From contig CM059433.1 in NCBI GenBank assembly GCA_030390025.1, forward strand, positions 15,998,001 through 16,062,000: 64,000 nucleotides of DNA. The letters are read 5' to 3'. The DNA is from Squalus acanthias. Lineage: Eukaryota. The notes below the pieces were generated by a model. It saw only the letters and a list, made by a program, of their open reading frames with translations. It was not told the DNA's origin and did not search any database. A program made the position numbers and the translations under genes. Numbering within the stretch: the first letter of the stretch is position 1; the number at the start of each line of letters is the position of its first letter. Positions 47,640 to 60,123 of this stretch are shown here, in pieces.

Positions 47640-48205
47640 CAAACATGGATGTCCATCAGTCGAGCATCAGTCTGCCCTCACACAACTGCACACATCAAGA
47701 ACGTTACTGGGTAGCAATCCGAACCAGGGAACCCTGGCTGATTTTCCTCCTTCCTAAGCCAGAAGCATTGAGGTCCCATTGCATCTCCTCGACTGACACT
47801 CCAGCCAAGACAGCCACTAATCAGGGAGTTTCATTTTACTTTGGTGTGATGCTCATCCCCAATGTACAGTTGTATATGTGTATATTATATTCGACACTAC
47901 ATTATGTGTTAACAATCACAGTTTGAGAGAAGTTAAAATTAGTTTCTTAGCTCCCGTGGACCCAGTGGGTAAATGTGGCATTGCACTGAGCTATAGAGGA
48001 CAGGAAGGTCCAATGTCTAATCCCAAACCTATGGTGGGTAAGCCAAATTCAAATGGAATACATTATTAGCCCCAGCACCCCTGGGCTAGAGGGGCAAGAA
48101 TAATTGGACACTCGCACTGTGTTGGTTATTCAGCAACTCCTGCTGGAGGGTATGCGGGACAACTGAAGGACAACAGCATTGAGTTTGACTGTGATTGCCC
48201 CCTGT
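47640..48205. mobile_element. Two old SINE remnants in opposite orientation (47640-47825 -, 47950-48205 +)
   Basis: tRNA-like head at 47950 and mutual weak similarity; family not assigned. Confidence 0.4.
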
Positions 48206-48214
48206 TCTATCTAT

Positions 48215-48506
48215 AAGCATTTCTACATTTCTACAAACTACTGACCATATCTTCTTCGAATCTTTGCTATAAGATGCTGAAGCAACATGTCCTCCATTAT
48301 ATATCTCCAGAAGTCGCTGCTGTGCTGAGCCCAGACCAAGCTGGTTTCTGCCGCGGTCGCAGCATTTCTGACCAAGTGCTCGCCCTAACCACCTTCATTG
48401 AAAATGGTTTTCAGAAAATCCCTAAGATTGGTGCTGTCTGTCATACTGGTCTTCTGGTGAAAACATCTAGAGTTCTGCCATAGTGGGCTACCTGCTTGGT
48501 TGAATT
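48215..48506 (+). mobile_element. Vingi/Ingi-like RT fragment
   Basis: SPDQAGFCRGRSISDQVLALTTFIENGFQ, homologous to 55218-55400. Confidence 0.7.
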
Positions 48507-49339
48507 AGCAGGCTTGAAATTCCCTCCAGCCGCCTCCGGTCGTGGACCCCCTGGAAAGTCTCTATGGACCCCTAGTGGTCCGCAAACCCCAGTTTGAAAC
48601 ACTGATGTAGAGAAACATGGCAGCCAATTTGTGCACAGCCAGATCCCACAAACTGCAATAAGATAAATAACCAGATAATTTTGTTTGTGGTGGTGTTGGT
48701 TGACCACGCTGACTCCTTCAGGTAGGTTGCAGTGCATGTCCCGCCCGATATGTCCTCCACTCCAAACTCACCGCCACAGTGTGTAAGAAGTGAACACTCA
48801 AACTACAGGTATACGGAGTGAAATCAGGCTTTATTCTTCTCCTGTCCTTGCAGGAGCAGTGTGCCCATTTTTCTGCATCAGTCTCTCATTCTAGATGAAC
48901 AGTGTGAGATGTTTGCACCCATGTCGATCAATGGAAGTATTGAAAAATTACCCATTCGCCACCACTCCGCAGTTTAAGGATGAAAAGCTATACACATGAA
49001 CAAGACGTGATCAGGTCTGCATAGCTTGCCATATATGGACATATTGATAAGGAACCTTTAGTTCAGAAAAGTATAAAAAGTGGTAGACTGTCATGAGAAT
49101 TTGGATTTGGAGGGTTTGATCAACCTGAATACCGAGCTCAGAACTGTAACGTGTTTGAGTCCCCAAACATTAGGTGTGGTTGTAAGTACTATATTTTAAG
49201 TGTACGTCTAAGTACTATTGCATGTACTGTATGCTCACTAAATCTATGAATATTTGACCTTAACATCTCAGAAACCTTATTGATTTTGAGGAAAACTTAG
49301 GACATCTAATTATAAAGAAAAGCCTTCCTCTACCACGAT

Positions 49340-49608
49340 CATTGGCACTCCTTCCACTGGCACCTTCCCACGCAGGTGCAGGAGATCCAACATCTTCCCT
49401 TTCATCTCCTCCCACACATTGTCCAGGGCTCCAAATACTCCTTCCGGGTGAGACGGCAATTTACACGTACTTCCTCGACCTCAGTTTCTGGCCTTTTATA
49501 CTGTTGCAGTGAAGCTCAATGCAAGCTCGAGGAACAGCACATTATCTTTCTCCTTGGCACTTTGCAGCTCTCTGGCCTTAATATTGACTTTAGTAAGTTC
49601 AGACATTA
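49340..49608 (+). mobile_element. Penelope-like GIY-YIG fragment
   Basis: VQGSKYSFRVRRQFT...KLEEQHIIFLLGTLQLSGLNIDF. Confidence 0.8.
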
Positions 49609-49689
49609 GCTCTCACTTTCTCTCTGGCAGGAAAAGCTGACAATGTGGGATGGATGTGCCAGTGTACTTGAGCCTAAGAGGAAGGAGGG

Positions 49690-50380
49690 GGGTTGGTGCT
49701 TGGAGTGAGTAGCTACTGTGCTGGCGAGGCGATCTGCACCCTTGGAGCCTGGCCTGGAGCCTCGAAGATTGTAAGTATAAGTTTTATGTTTGTAACTGGG
49801 GCCCTTTATGAAGCTGAATATTTGAAAACTGATTTTCTGTGCTTCCAAGGGGAGGCAATCCCCGCCAGCCATCCCCTCCACCCCCCCCCCCCCCCCCCCC
49901 CACCCCCACCCCCACACACACACACACACACACGCACACACGCACACATCCTTCTCCCATATCTGGAAGTAAGGCCTGAATTCCCAGCAGTTTTTGGCAA
50001 TTTCTTCCAACATCAGGAAACACTGCTGCTATGAATACACAGTGATATTCCTGTGGCAGGTTTGGTGAACTTATCTATCTATAACTCTCCAAAAATAGTA
50101 TGATAGAGCAGACCATTGGCATTCTGAAGTCTCGTTTTAGATGCTTGGACAAATCTGGTGAAGCCCTCCAGTACAGCCCAACAAAAATGTCTGGAATTAT
50201 AGTGGCTTACTGCTAATGTTGTAATGCAGAAAGGATTAGTACTTCCTGAATCCGAAGAGGACGTCCCTCTATCTCCACAGCAGGAGAAAGTTGCACAAGA
50301 GGGAGAAGAGGTCGAGCAAGAGACCCATCAGCCTTCAAACAGAGCAAGAAGGTAGCAACTTATTGCTGATTGTTATCAAT
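49690..50380 (+). mobile_element. Decayed Harbinger-like element with transposase C-terminal fragment
   Basis: MIEQTIGILKSRFRCLDKSGEALQYSP at 50100-50180. Confidence 0.75.
49881..49948 (+). repeat. (C)n followed by (CA)n microsatellite
   Basis: Direct reading. Confidence 0.9.
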
Positions 50381-50579
50381 TAAAAAAAAGGGTTGTACAG
50401 GAAAATAAAAATCCTTTCCTAATTGCTGGTCACCCCAGATACGCAACTCCCTTATTAAGACCTCCATTCCCAAAGTAATCTATACCTTGCCTCAGTAATA
50501 GAAATCTCACATTTCATTAACTCAGTCCACTAAGTTCCATACATCCAGAGAAATGAACTCAGAAGTCTATGCAGTTGAA

Positions 50580-51320
50580 CAATTTTCAAAAGGCCTTCGA
50601 TGTTTTCAAAAAGCCTTCGATATTTTCAAAAGGCCTTTGGTAAGGTATCGCATAGTAGACTCCTGACTAAGGTCAGAGCATGTGGAGCCAGGGTACAAGT
50701 AGCAGAATTGATAGCAAACTGGCTACAAAACAGAAAACAGAGAGTGGGGTTAAAAGTGGTTACTCAGACTGGCAAAGGGTGGGAAGTGGTGTTCCACAGG
50801 GATCGGGGCTGGGACCACTGTTGTTCACCATTTACATAAACCATTTGGACTCAGGAATCGAAAATACAATTTAAAAATTTGCAGATTGAGGGGTGTAGTT
50901 AATACTGAGGAAGACTGCGACAAAATACAAGAAGACATTAATAAACTTGCAGAATGGGCGTGTAATTGGCAAATGAATTTCAATATAGATAAGTGTGAGG
51001 TGGTGCATTTTGGTAGGAAGCATAAAGAGGCCACATACGCTTAGAAAATAATATCTAAATGGCGTAGAGGAGCGAAGGGATCTAGGAGTACAGATATAAA
51101 AATCAATAAAAGTAGTGATGCAGGTTAATAAAGACATAAAAAAAGCAAGCCAAGCACTCGGGTTCAAATCTGTATAGACCCTTGGTTAGACTGAACTTGG
51201 AGTACTGTGCACAGTTCTGGTCTCCATATTTTAAAAAGGATATAGAAGCACTGGAGAAGGTGCATAAAAGATTTACAAGGATGGTACGAGAACTGAAAGA
51301 TTGAATAGGCTGGGGCCTTA
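50580..51320 (+). mobile_element. Old CR1 RT fragment with a 3 x 20-bp tandem duplication at its 5' edge
   Basis: [21 protein letters not shown]; ttttcaaaaggccttcgat repeated at 50583-50642. Confidence 0.85.
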
Positions 51321-51744
51321 AGGGAATAGATTCCTTGACAATCTCATGAGAGACAGAGACCTCTGTTAATACTCCTTTTAGCCCAATGATTCTGGGTACA
51401 GGCTCAGAAGTGCTGTTGATCGGTAGATACAGACTTTGAGAACAGACCAAACAGCCCCAATTAAATCTTGGAAGGCTTGTGAAAGTATCTTGTTAAGTCT
51501 GACCCGCAAGGCATCTATTGAGGCAACGGTAGTTGGCACTCTGGAAGCCTCTAATGTCTTTACTACTTCCTCCTGACATCAGAATACAATTCTTTAAAGA
51601 GATTCTAAGAATTTAAGATAGCACCGAGTTGGAAATATATATCAGTTCGTCCACTCCACCCCTTCGCACAGATCATGGGGCTCACAATCTGATGAGTTAA
51701 TTGGGCGCCTGCTCCATATGTTATTGGGCACAGACACTTGCAAG

Positions 51745-51919
51745 CAATGTTCCCTGTAAACTGCGCATTGTTCTGCACGGCCGGTTTCTTTTAATGCACG
51801 GTCCCTTTAAATTTGAGCGCATGCGCGGTATTTACAATGTAAAAGCCAGTGAGTGGGCTGCACGGGAGCTTTCAGACTACTGCACGGGCGCGTGCGCACG
51901 CACCTTAGTGGGAGCATTG
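51745..51919. mobile_element. hAT-type MITE (175 bp)
   Basis: TIR CAATGTTCCC / GGGAGCATTG; perfect 8-bp TSD CTTGCAAG. Confidence 0.88.
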
Positions 51920-52306
51920 CTTGCAAGATTTCCAAGAGCTCATTACAACAGTGACTCCACTTCAAAAGTACTTCATTGGCTGTAAAGCACTTTGAGACGT
52001 CCGGTGGTCGCGAAAGGCGCTATATAAATGCAAGTCTTTCCTTTTTTACCTCAAATGCACTCTAATGCAGGGGGGGGGGGGCCTGTGCAAAGGGTGTTGG
52101 CAGCCTAGAGTGGCAGAGCAATATTCAAATGATCTGACCCCACATTATCCAATGAGGTCCGTTCATTCCTTCACAGCGCATGCAGCATCCGAACACTGTT
52201 CAGTATAGCCCCCAAAGCCACCTTATCAGCCCCTGAGTGTAGTTTACTATGGTCTCCATCTCATCTATTTAATCTCCTGAAGAAAAGCTCTGCTAAAAAA
52301 TATTAT

Positions 52307-53050
52307 GGCCCAAAAATTCGTGAGGAAGCCTTCGTGCGAGGGTAAGGCTTCCCCGCGATCTCTCACTGCGCGTTGGCTTTTTCAGTTCCAGCTCGCACGA
52401 ACTTGATGTTCTGGACAGCTGGTGTGCTGGGCTTGCGTATCCCACAGGCGTAGTTAGTTCGTGCGAGCTGTGGGATCACGTGACTCAGTTAGAGCCAATG
52501 GCAGCACACCATCTTCCATTCATAACTTTCACATAAGTGCTGTGAAAGCTATGAATACTATAGCCCCCCAAAAGTACAGCTAAACCTCAATTAAATTTTT
52601 ATTAAAAACCATCACATTAATAAACTAAGTATAGTTAAATAAATTAACCATTTTAAATAAAAAATTAAATTTTTGAAAAAATTTAAAATCTTTTAAAAAG
52701 TTATAAAAATAAACTTACCTGTCTTTAAAGTCTCTAAAAAAGATATACCTGTTAAAAAAAATTCAAAATAATACTTAATTCACTACTTACCTTGTTAAAA
52801 GTGGGTCTTACTCCTCCTTTTTTTATGTGTAAAATCTTCCATGCTTACCTGCGCGTTGAAACCACTAAGTGCACTGCATGCGCGCAGCCTGTAGCGCGCA
52901 CGCGGTTCACCTAGGAACCGCCCCCTTTTCCATTCACCAAGTGCCGGTTTTCAGCGCATGCGCAGTGCATGCAGAAAACCAGCAATTGGAGACAGAATAC
53001 GCGAGAGTACGCAGTGCATACTCTCGCGTAGCAGCACTAATTTTTGGGCC
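52307..53050 (+). mobile_element. PIF/Harbinger-type MITE, copy 2
   Basis: Perfect 12-bp TIR GGCCCAAAAATT; TSD TAT; paralogue of 811-1553. Confidence 0.9.
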
Positions 53051-55144
53051 TATATAATCCCAATAAGTGGTCCAGACAACAATGTCATGCACCGCACCCC
53101 CCACCACCAGCCACCCCCACCCCCCGCCTTTCCCAGTCTCAGCAACACAGGAATCATCATGTCTCATGGAATATTTGATCATGCTTGTCTATACATAATC
53201 CTATAACCTTCAATCTCCTCTTCCTGACTAAATATTTATCCAACTTCTTATTGAAGAAGTTAAACAACTGCTGTTGCTAAGAATCAGTTCCATGTCCAGT
53301 AATCTCAGCGAAGGAAGGGGAAATCCTTGAAATCTAGTCTCACCTTCGGCTTGTTAATTCCAAACCTATGTCCGCTAGCTCTACACTTAACAATACAAGT
53401 TAAATCCTTTGTTTACATCTACATTATGGTTCTCAGCCTTAAAGAGTCCCGGGTCATATCCATTCTCAATTTTGTGATTTTCATAGAATCATAGACATTA
53501 TCTATGGATCCCAAGACTTTGACACAAGATAGTTATGGATGAATAAGGCCATTTGACCCACTTTAATTCATCCATCCAGAAGCACCCTAGTCCCCCCATT
53601 ACAGGAACATAGGAACAGGAGGAGGCAATTCAGCCCCTCAAGCCAGTTCCGCCATTCAATCAGATCATAGCTGATCTGTACCTCAACTCCATTTACCTGC
53701 CTTTGCTCCATATCTCTTGATACCCTTACCTAATAAAAGCTAATGATCTCAGTCTTGAAAATTTCAATTGACAACATAAGCACCCACAGCCTTTTTGGGG
53801 GAGAGAATTCCAGATTTCCACTCCCCCTTCTGTGAAAAAGTGCCTTGTGATTTCACTCCTAAATGGCCTAACTCTAACTTTAAAATTATTGCCCCTTGTT
53901 CTGGATTCTCCCACTAGTGGAAACAGTTTCTCTGTATTTACCCTATCAAATCCCTTTATTACTTTAAAGACCTCGATTAGATCTCCCTTCAATCTTCTAA
54001 ACTCAAGGGAATACAAGCCAAGTTTATGCAATCTGTCCTCATAATTTAACGCTTTTAGCCCTGATATCATTCTGGTGAATCTGTACTGTACCTGCTCCAA
54101 GGCCAATATATCCTTCCTGAGGCTCAGTGTCTAAAAATGAATGCAGTACTTCATATGGGGTCTGACCAAGGCTCTGTACAACTGAAGCATAATTCCCTTG
54201 TATTCCAGCCCCCTTGAGATAAAGGCCAACATTCCATTAGCCTTTGATTACTTTTTCTATCTTAGCACAAACTTTTAATGATTTGTGTACATGAACACCC
54301 AAGTCCCTTTGCTCCTCCACAGTTCCTAGTCTATCGCCATTAAGAAATTATTCCAATTTGACTTTCTTGGATCGAAAGGGAATGACCTCACACTTCCCCA
54401 CATTGAATTCCATCTGTCATAGTTTTGCCCACTCACTTAATCAGCCTATGTAACATTCTGCTGCCATCTGCACAAGTTACTGTGCATCCTAACTTAGTGT
54501 CATTTGCAAACTTGGAAATAAAGCTCTCTATACCTTCATCCAAGTCATTAATATATATGGTGAAAAGCGGAGGCACCGGTATGCATCCTTTGGGAACACC
54601 ACTTGTCCCATCCCGCCAATCAAACTACGTTCCCTTTATTCCCACCCGCTGTCTCCTAACCCTCAACCAATTACCAACCCATATCACAAGGTTACCTCAA
54701 ATTCCTTCACTAAAGCACGACCGCAGTATAAAGTCACAGCAGATCAAGTCGCTCATCAGCTCCTCTTGAACAGCCGAGGAAACCCTGGCCATCGTCCCAG
54801 CAGAATTAAACACCCAAGACCTGCTGAAGATGACAAGGAGAATTCTGACTTTACAAGACCCTTCACCATGAGCGAGGTGTTGCTCGTTAACAAAGTGATG
54901 GAAAACAACAAAGCAGCTGGACTTGACGATATGCTCTGTGAACAAATCAAACACTTTGGATCAGTGGTTCTACTGTGGCTACTTGACATGCTCAACAATT
55001 GCTTAGTCGCCAACAGGATCCCTAAGCTGTGGAAACAAGCAAGAATAGTGACAATTCTGAAGCCTGGCAGACCCTGGCAAAGACCCAGCCAACCCTAAGA
55101 GCTTCAGACCAATCTCCCTGTTATGCCACACCTATAAACTGTTT

Positions 55145-55200
55145 GAGCAGGCTCGAAGGGCCGTATGGCCTACTCCTGCTCCTAATTCTTATGTTCTTGT
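55145..55200 (+). mobile_element. Minimal CR1 insertion (3' hairpin plus tail only)
   Basis: gagcaggctcgaagggccgtatggcctactcctgctcctaattcttatgttcttgt within the YKLFE|RLIL codons. Confidence 0.85.
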
Positions 55201-55803
55201 AAGAGACTCATCCTGAATTGCCTGGCCCCTTTGTAGCTGAATGTCTTATCCCTGAACAAGCAGGATTCAGGCCAGGAAAATCCTGCACAAGCCAACTTCT
55301 AAATCTGACCCAATTTATTGAGGATGGCTACGAGATTGGGCTAATAACAGGTGCAGCCTTTGTGGATTTATCAGCTGCATATGACACAGTCAATCGTCGG
55401 ATTCTTGTGCAGAAGGTATTCCACATAACAAAAGATGCCAGAGTGAATGAGCTGATATGCAACATGCTGACCAACAGACGTTTCTTTGTTGACCTCAGCG
55501 GCAAGCGAAGCAGATGGCGCAGACAGAAGAATGGGTTACCTCGAGGTAGTGTTCTCGCCACCCTGCTGTTTAATATCTATACCAACGACCAGCCCATCCA
55601 CCCACACACCAGAAGTTTCCTCTATGCCGATGACCTGTGCATAGTATCTCGGGACCAATCCTTTGATAAAGTAGAGAAGTGCCTTGGCGATGCACTAGCT
55701 GAGCTAACCAACTACTGTGCGACCAATCATCTGTGGGCCAACCCTGAAAAGACACAGATCAGTGCTTTTCATCTTAAGAACAGAGGTGCAAACCGAGAAC
55801 TGA

Positions 55804-56000
55804 GGGGGTGATTTTGTCAATGGGGGCGCGTTGGAGGCGGGCCTGCTGCTTGTCGGGTTTCAGTCCCGCCTCCATCGACTTGTGGCCAACCCACGCTATT
55901 TTCCCTTGATTGACCTTGTTAAGCCCGCCCAGTGGGCTTAGCAGGCCAATTAAGGGGAAGCCGGTGACAGAGAACGTCAGCGACTGGCAAAATCCAACCC
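55804..56000. mobile_element. Harbinger MITE (197 bp)
   Basis: TIR GGGGGTGATTTTGTCA / TGGCAAAATCCAACCC, flanks TGA/TTA; similar to the left end at 59254. Confidence 0.8.
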
Positions 56001-57407
56001 TTAATGTCTGGTAATATGGGAGAAGACTGGCACACAACTCCAAGCCAATAGACCTTGGCGTAACATTAGATCGTACCCTCAGCTACAAAGATCATGTCAT
56101 CAAAGCAAAGGTGAAGGTGGGAGCCAGAAACAACATCTTAAGGAAGTTGGCCAACTCTAAAGAGGAAACTGATCCAAGGACCTTACGAACTACTGCCCTT
56201 GCCCTGTGCTATTCAACAGCTGAATATGCCTGTCCAGTCTGGGAATGCTCCTCGCATACCAAGAAGATGGATCCAGTCCTCAACCTAGCCTGCTGAGCTA
56301 TTTCTGGCTGCCTGAAACCTACGAAGGTGGATAATCTTTACCTGCTGGCTGATATTGCCCCACCTTTCATAAGAAGGCGAGTTTCATCAAGAGTGGAAAG
56401 GTCAAAGCAGACAAGTGATCCCCGTCATCCACTTTTTCAACACGAGCCAGCAACTAAAGGCTCAAGTCCAGGAGCAGTTTCTTACCTGCTGTCCAGCCCT
56501 TGGAATGTAACCCCCAAAGCTGTAGACTAGATGCTTGGTCAAAGGATCTGCAGGCAAAGCCACACAAGCTATCTTTTGATCCAGAGGAATCTCTTCCAAC
56601 AGGAGTCAGTGAGACTTGGCCTACTTGGCTGTGTCTCAATCGCTTCAGGACTGGTGTCGGCCGCTGCAGAGCCCTCAGGCAGAAGTGGGGATACAGCCAA
56701 ACTGATACTACCGACTGTGACTGCGGAGAGGCATCTCAAACAATGGAGCATCTCCTAGAATGCCCTCGACTACCAGAGCCATGCAGACCTAGAGACCTGA
56801 GGGACTTCAACTCCCGAGCCAGAGCCTGTGTGGAACAGTGGCGAGGGAAGGTATAGCGACACGACACGATGACGACCTCAAATTCCATGCACTTTAATTT
56901 TTGCTCATAATCTTATCAAATGCTTTCTGGAAGTCCATTTTGACAACATCAATAAACATTCCCTTATCCACCATGCTAGAGACCTCCTCAAAAAATGTAA
57001 CTAGATTAGTCAAACATGACCTGGTCTTTCATCATAACACCAGGAATAAGCCTCGGTAGCTTTTGTCTGCACTGCATCCAATATTTCAATGTCTCCTTTC
57101 TGTTTTGGAAATCAGAACGAGACACATTACTCAAGATCACGAAGTCCACTGGATTTTATTCTACTGTTTTGGCTATGTAGTTTAACATTCTATTGGTTTC
57201 AGTTATTGCTGGCCTGTACTGCTTGGGCATGTTTAGTTTTTAGTCGACTAAGATTTCTGGGTTTCTTTCAGCTTCATCCTTAGCTATTTGTGGGGAACAT
57301 AAAATGCTTATTTTTCCTTCCTGTGTGCAGTACTTTGCACTTGTCCACATTAAATTTCATCTGTCATTGTTCTGCCCACTTTTCTATCTTATCGAACTCA
57401 TCCATTG

Positions 57408-57640
57408 CTTGGCGCAATGGTAGCACTATCATCTCTGAGTAAGAAGGTTATGGGTTCAATCCCCACTGCAGGACTTGTGCACATAATCTAGGCTCACACT
57501 TCAGTGCAGCACTGAGGGAATGCTGTATTGTCAGAAGTGCTATCTTTCAGATGAGATGTTGACCCAAGGCCTGTCTGCCTGTTTAGGTGGCTCTATTCAA
57601 ACAAGAGCAGGCTTTGTAATCTGGCCAACATTTATGTGCC
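57408..57640 (+). mobile_element. Deu-type tRNA-headed SINE (SacSINE1-like)
   Basis: A box TGGCGCAATGG, B box GGTTCAATCCC, core cagtgcagcactgagggaatgctg...cagatgagatgtt. Confidence 0.7.
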
Positions 57641-57720
57641 AATGTGGCCAAGTGGTTAAAGCAGCACTCTTCTAATCCTTTGGGCAGTGGAACATAGGAA
57701 CAGTAGTAGGCCATTCAGCT

Positions 57721-58170
57721 CATAAGAACGTAAGAATTAGGAGCAGGAGTAGGCCATACGGAGTGAAGAAATTCCTCCTTCTCTCAGTCTTAAAGGGCCG
57801 ACCCCTTATCCTGAGACTATGTCCCCTAGTTCTAGACTCTCCAGCCAGGGGAACAACCTCTCAGCATCTACCCTGTCAATCCCCCTCAGCATCTTATATG
57901 TTTCAATGAGATCACCTCTCATTCTTCTAAACTCCAGATAGTACAGACCCAATGCACTCAATCTCTCCTCAAAGGACAACCATCTCATCCCAGGAATCAA
58001 TTGAGTGAACCTTTGTTGCATCGCCTCCAACACAAGTATATCCTTCCTCAGGTTAGGAGACCAAAACTGTGCACAGTACTCCAGGTGTGGTCTCACCAAA
58101 GCCCTGTACAATTGTAGCAAGACTTCCTGACTCTTGTACTCCAACCCCCTTGCAATAAAGGCCAACATGC
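57721..58170 (-). mobile_element. CR1 3' fragment with internal deletion
   Basis: MLAFIARGLEYK...RRMRGDLIETYK. Confidence 0.88.
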
Positions 58171-58491
58171 TTGTGGATGAACATATTCTTCCAGCAAACT
58201 GATACCCTGATCTGCATTTGGTTTCCCCGGTTAAGAGGGGGTATTTTAGTACACATTATCCTTTCTGCTGAGTCAGTTGTAAGTGTACTGGAGAAAATAA
58301 TTGTTGGCAAATTGTGTGATCATTTTCATTTGGAAAATAATTATAGATAGATGGGGCTCAGATGTAGGACTAATAGGACTAAAATATATATATAGGTAAT
58401 GGTATAGTCACTGCCAACATATACAGTGTTAGACAGTAAAAAAGGCTGTTAGATATCTCATACGTTCAACGTTAACCACCAGAACCAGAAT

Positions 58492-58764
58492 TAGGTGTCA
58501 AAAGTTCAACTCAGAGCCTTGACAAATGTAATGTATTATCACATGGTTTGTCACATGGTTTAGTATGAGCATGCCCAGTTCGCTCTGGCCTAGTAAAGCA
58601 AGCTCATGAACTAGCAACTGTTGTCTCTGTCCTTCATTTGTTCTACCCACATATATTACATTTTTGTGACAAGGATGGGATCCCAAAGCCATTTTTAGGG
58701 ATCATGGAAGGACACGATGTTCAACCTTCGAGTGGACAAGTTTAAGGTGAATTTGTGACACCTA
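58492..58764. mobile_element. TIR-bounded segment (hAT-like MITE) inside the Gypsy LTR
   Basis: TAGGTGTCAAAAGTTCA / TGAATTTGTGACACCTA; degenerate 8-bp flanks ACCAGAAT / AACTGCAT. Confidence 0.55.
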
Positions 58765-59253
58765 AACTGCATGTTTGCGATGTTTTACTGTTAATGCTGA
58801 TGCAGAATTGTCTGTGTATACACAGTAAGAGCAGCGGTGATTCTCACAGGTACACAGGTAACGTGCTGAGTCACTTTTCAAAGGGATCGGGACAATCATG
58901 GCCGCGCCTACGGGATTCATCGGAAGCCTCGGCATGTATGACCGAGCTCGCGAACTATTCAGTTCTACATTGAGCGGATGGAGATGTTTCTTAAGGCCAA
59001 TAACATTATCGAGACCGAAGGTGCAGATGAGAATATTCAAGCTCAAAATAATGTGATTTGTGAACATAAAAAAGCAATTTTTCTAATGGAGATCGGGCCA
59101 GATGTCTACGGAACGTTGACAAACCTACTCACGCCAGGGAAAGCGAAGGATGTGTCATTTGAAGACATTGTCGAGAAACTCGAGGACCATTTTGACGCAA
59201 GCCATTAGAAATAGCAAAGAGCTAGAAGTTTGGTACCAGAAATCAAAAACAAA

Positions 59254-60123
59254 GGCTGCGATTTTTTCAATGGAGGTGGGTTGGGTGTGGATCAGGTGGT
59301 TTCCGACTTCCAGTCCCGCCCCCAACTGCATCCGGCCCAAAGACGTGATTTTACGTTGATTGACCTTGTTAACCCCGCCCTGCGGGCTTTCCGGCCAATT
59401 AAAAGGAAGCGGGTCTTATGACGTCATTTGATGACGCGTCATCTGCCGGTTTCCTTAAAGGAACCATGCACACTTTTATTTTGACAGTTGATTTCTCAGT
59501 GTTTGACAGCATTGAGGTGCTACAAACACTGACAATCACTGCACAAAGGTGACCTCTTGCACCCAGGCTCCCCAATGACTACCTCCATAGGCTGGAATAG
59601 ATGGCAGCTACAGGTGAGGTGACAGAAGCGATCCGTCACTGGTGAGAGAGGTTCTCCCAATGAGGTGGCACTGGACACGGATTTCAAAACTTGTAACCTA
59701 AAGAAATGTGTAAATGTATTAAAAATGCATTTCCCAACATTTTCTTACCTCTGAGACTCACCAGTGCACCACTGGATCCTTCACACCACTTCTGCAGCTG
59801 TCATCAATCCAGAAACATTACAGCAGACTCACAACACGCCACACTTACCTGGCGTGGTGTCCGGACGTCGGGAAACCCGAGCCAGAAGTGGCAAAATCCA
59901 AAAATAGCCTGTCAACTATTAGCAACTACCTGTTAATAGGCAGGTAATTGCTATTAATCCTCTTCCCGCTGCTAGGTGTTGGGTCCATGTGCAATTCGGG
60001 GTCCCGATACTTGGGAAAATTGTTTGGAGGCGGGTTGGGATCGCAACCCACCGTCAATCAAAACGATTTTAACCTTTGACCCGCCTCCAAACCCGCCCTC
60101 TGAGCGCCGGCAAAATCCAGCCC
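59254..60123. mobile_element. Non-autonomous Harbinger inserted in Gypsy gag
   Basis: TIR GGCTGCGATTTT / AAAATCCAGCCC; TSD AAA; removal gives NQKQS*TISEYIVALK. Confidence 0.88.

Larger units (their letters stand above)
46704..48604. mobile_element. Non-autonomous hAT (Charlie-like) element with an internal extra right end at 47394
   Basis: TIR CAGTGGTTCTCAAACT; 8-bp TSD ATGTAGGG / ATGTAGAG; interrupts a Deu-type SINE tail that resumes at 48613. Confidence 0.78.
54706..56874 (+). mobile_element. Vingi/Ingi-like non-LTR retrotransposon, 5'-truncated
   Basis: FVDLSAAYDTV, KNGLPRGSVLA, LYADD, C-terminal LNRFRTGVGRC...CDCG...EHLLEC, (GAC)-rich tail; 12-bp TSD ACCTCAAATTCC. Confidence 0.82.
53604..57025 (-). 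mobile_element. Older CR1 3' portion interrupted by a Vingi-like LINE
   Basis: ORF2 C-terminus at 53726-54106; RT continues at 56887-57025. Confidence 0.88.

Noticed and set aside
48854..49181. Plus-strand exon-like block with strong acceptor and donor
   Set aside because: Stops in all frames examined and no recognisable product; could be a non-coding exon but is unsupported
57408..57480. tRNA gene (also 8070-8140 and 17898-17990)
   Set aside because: A/B boxes are present but no intact cloverleaf; these are SINE heads
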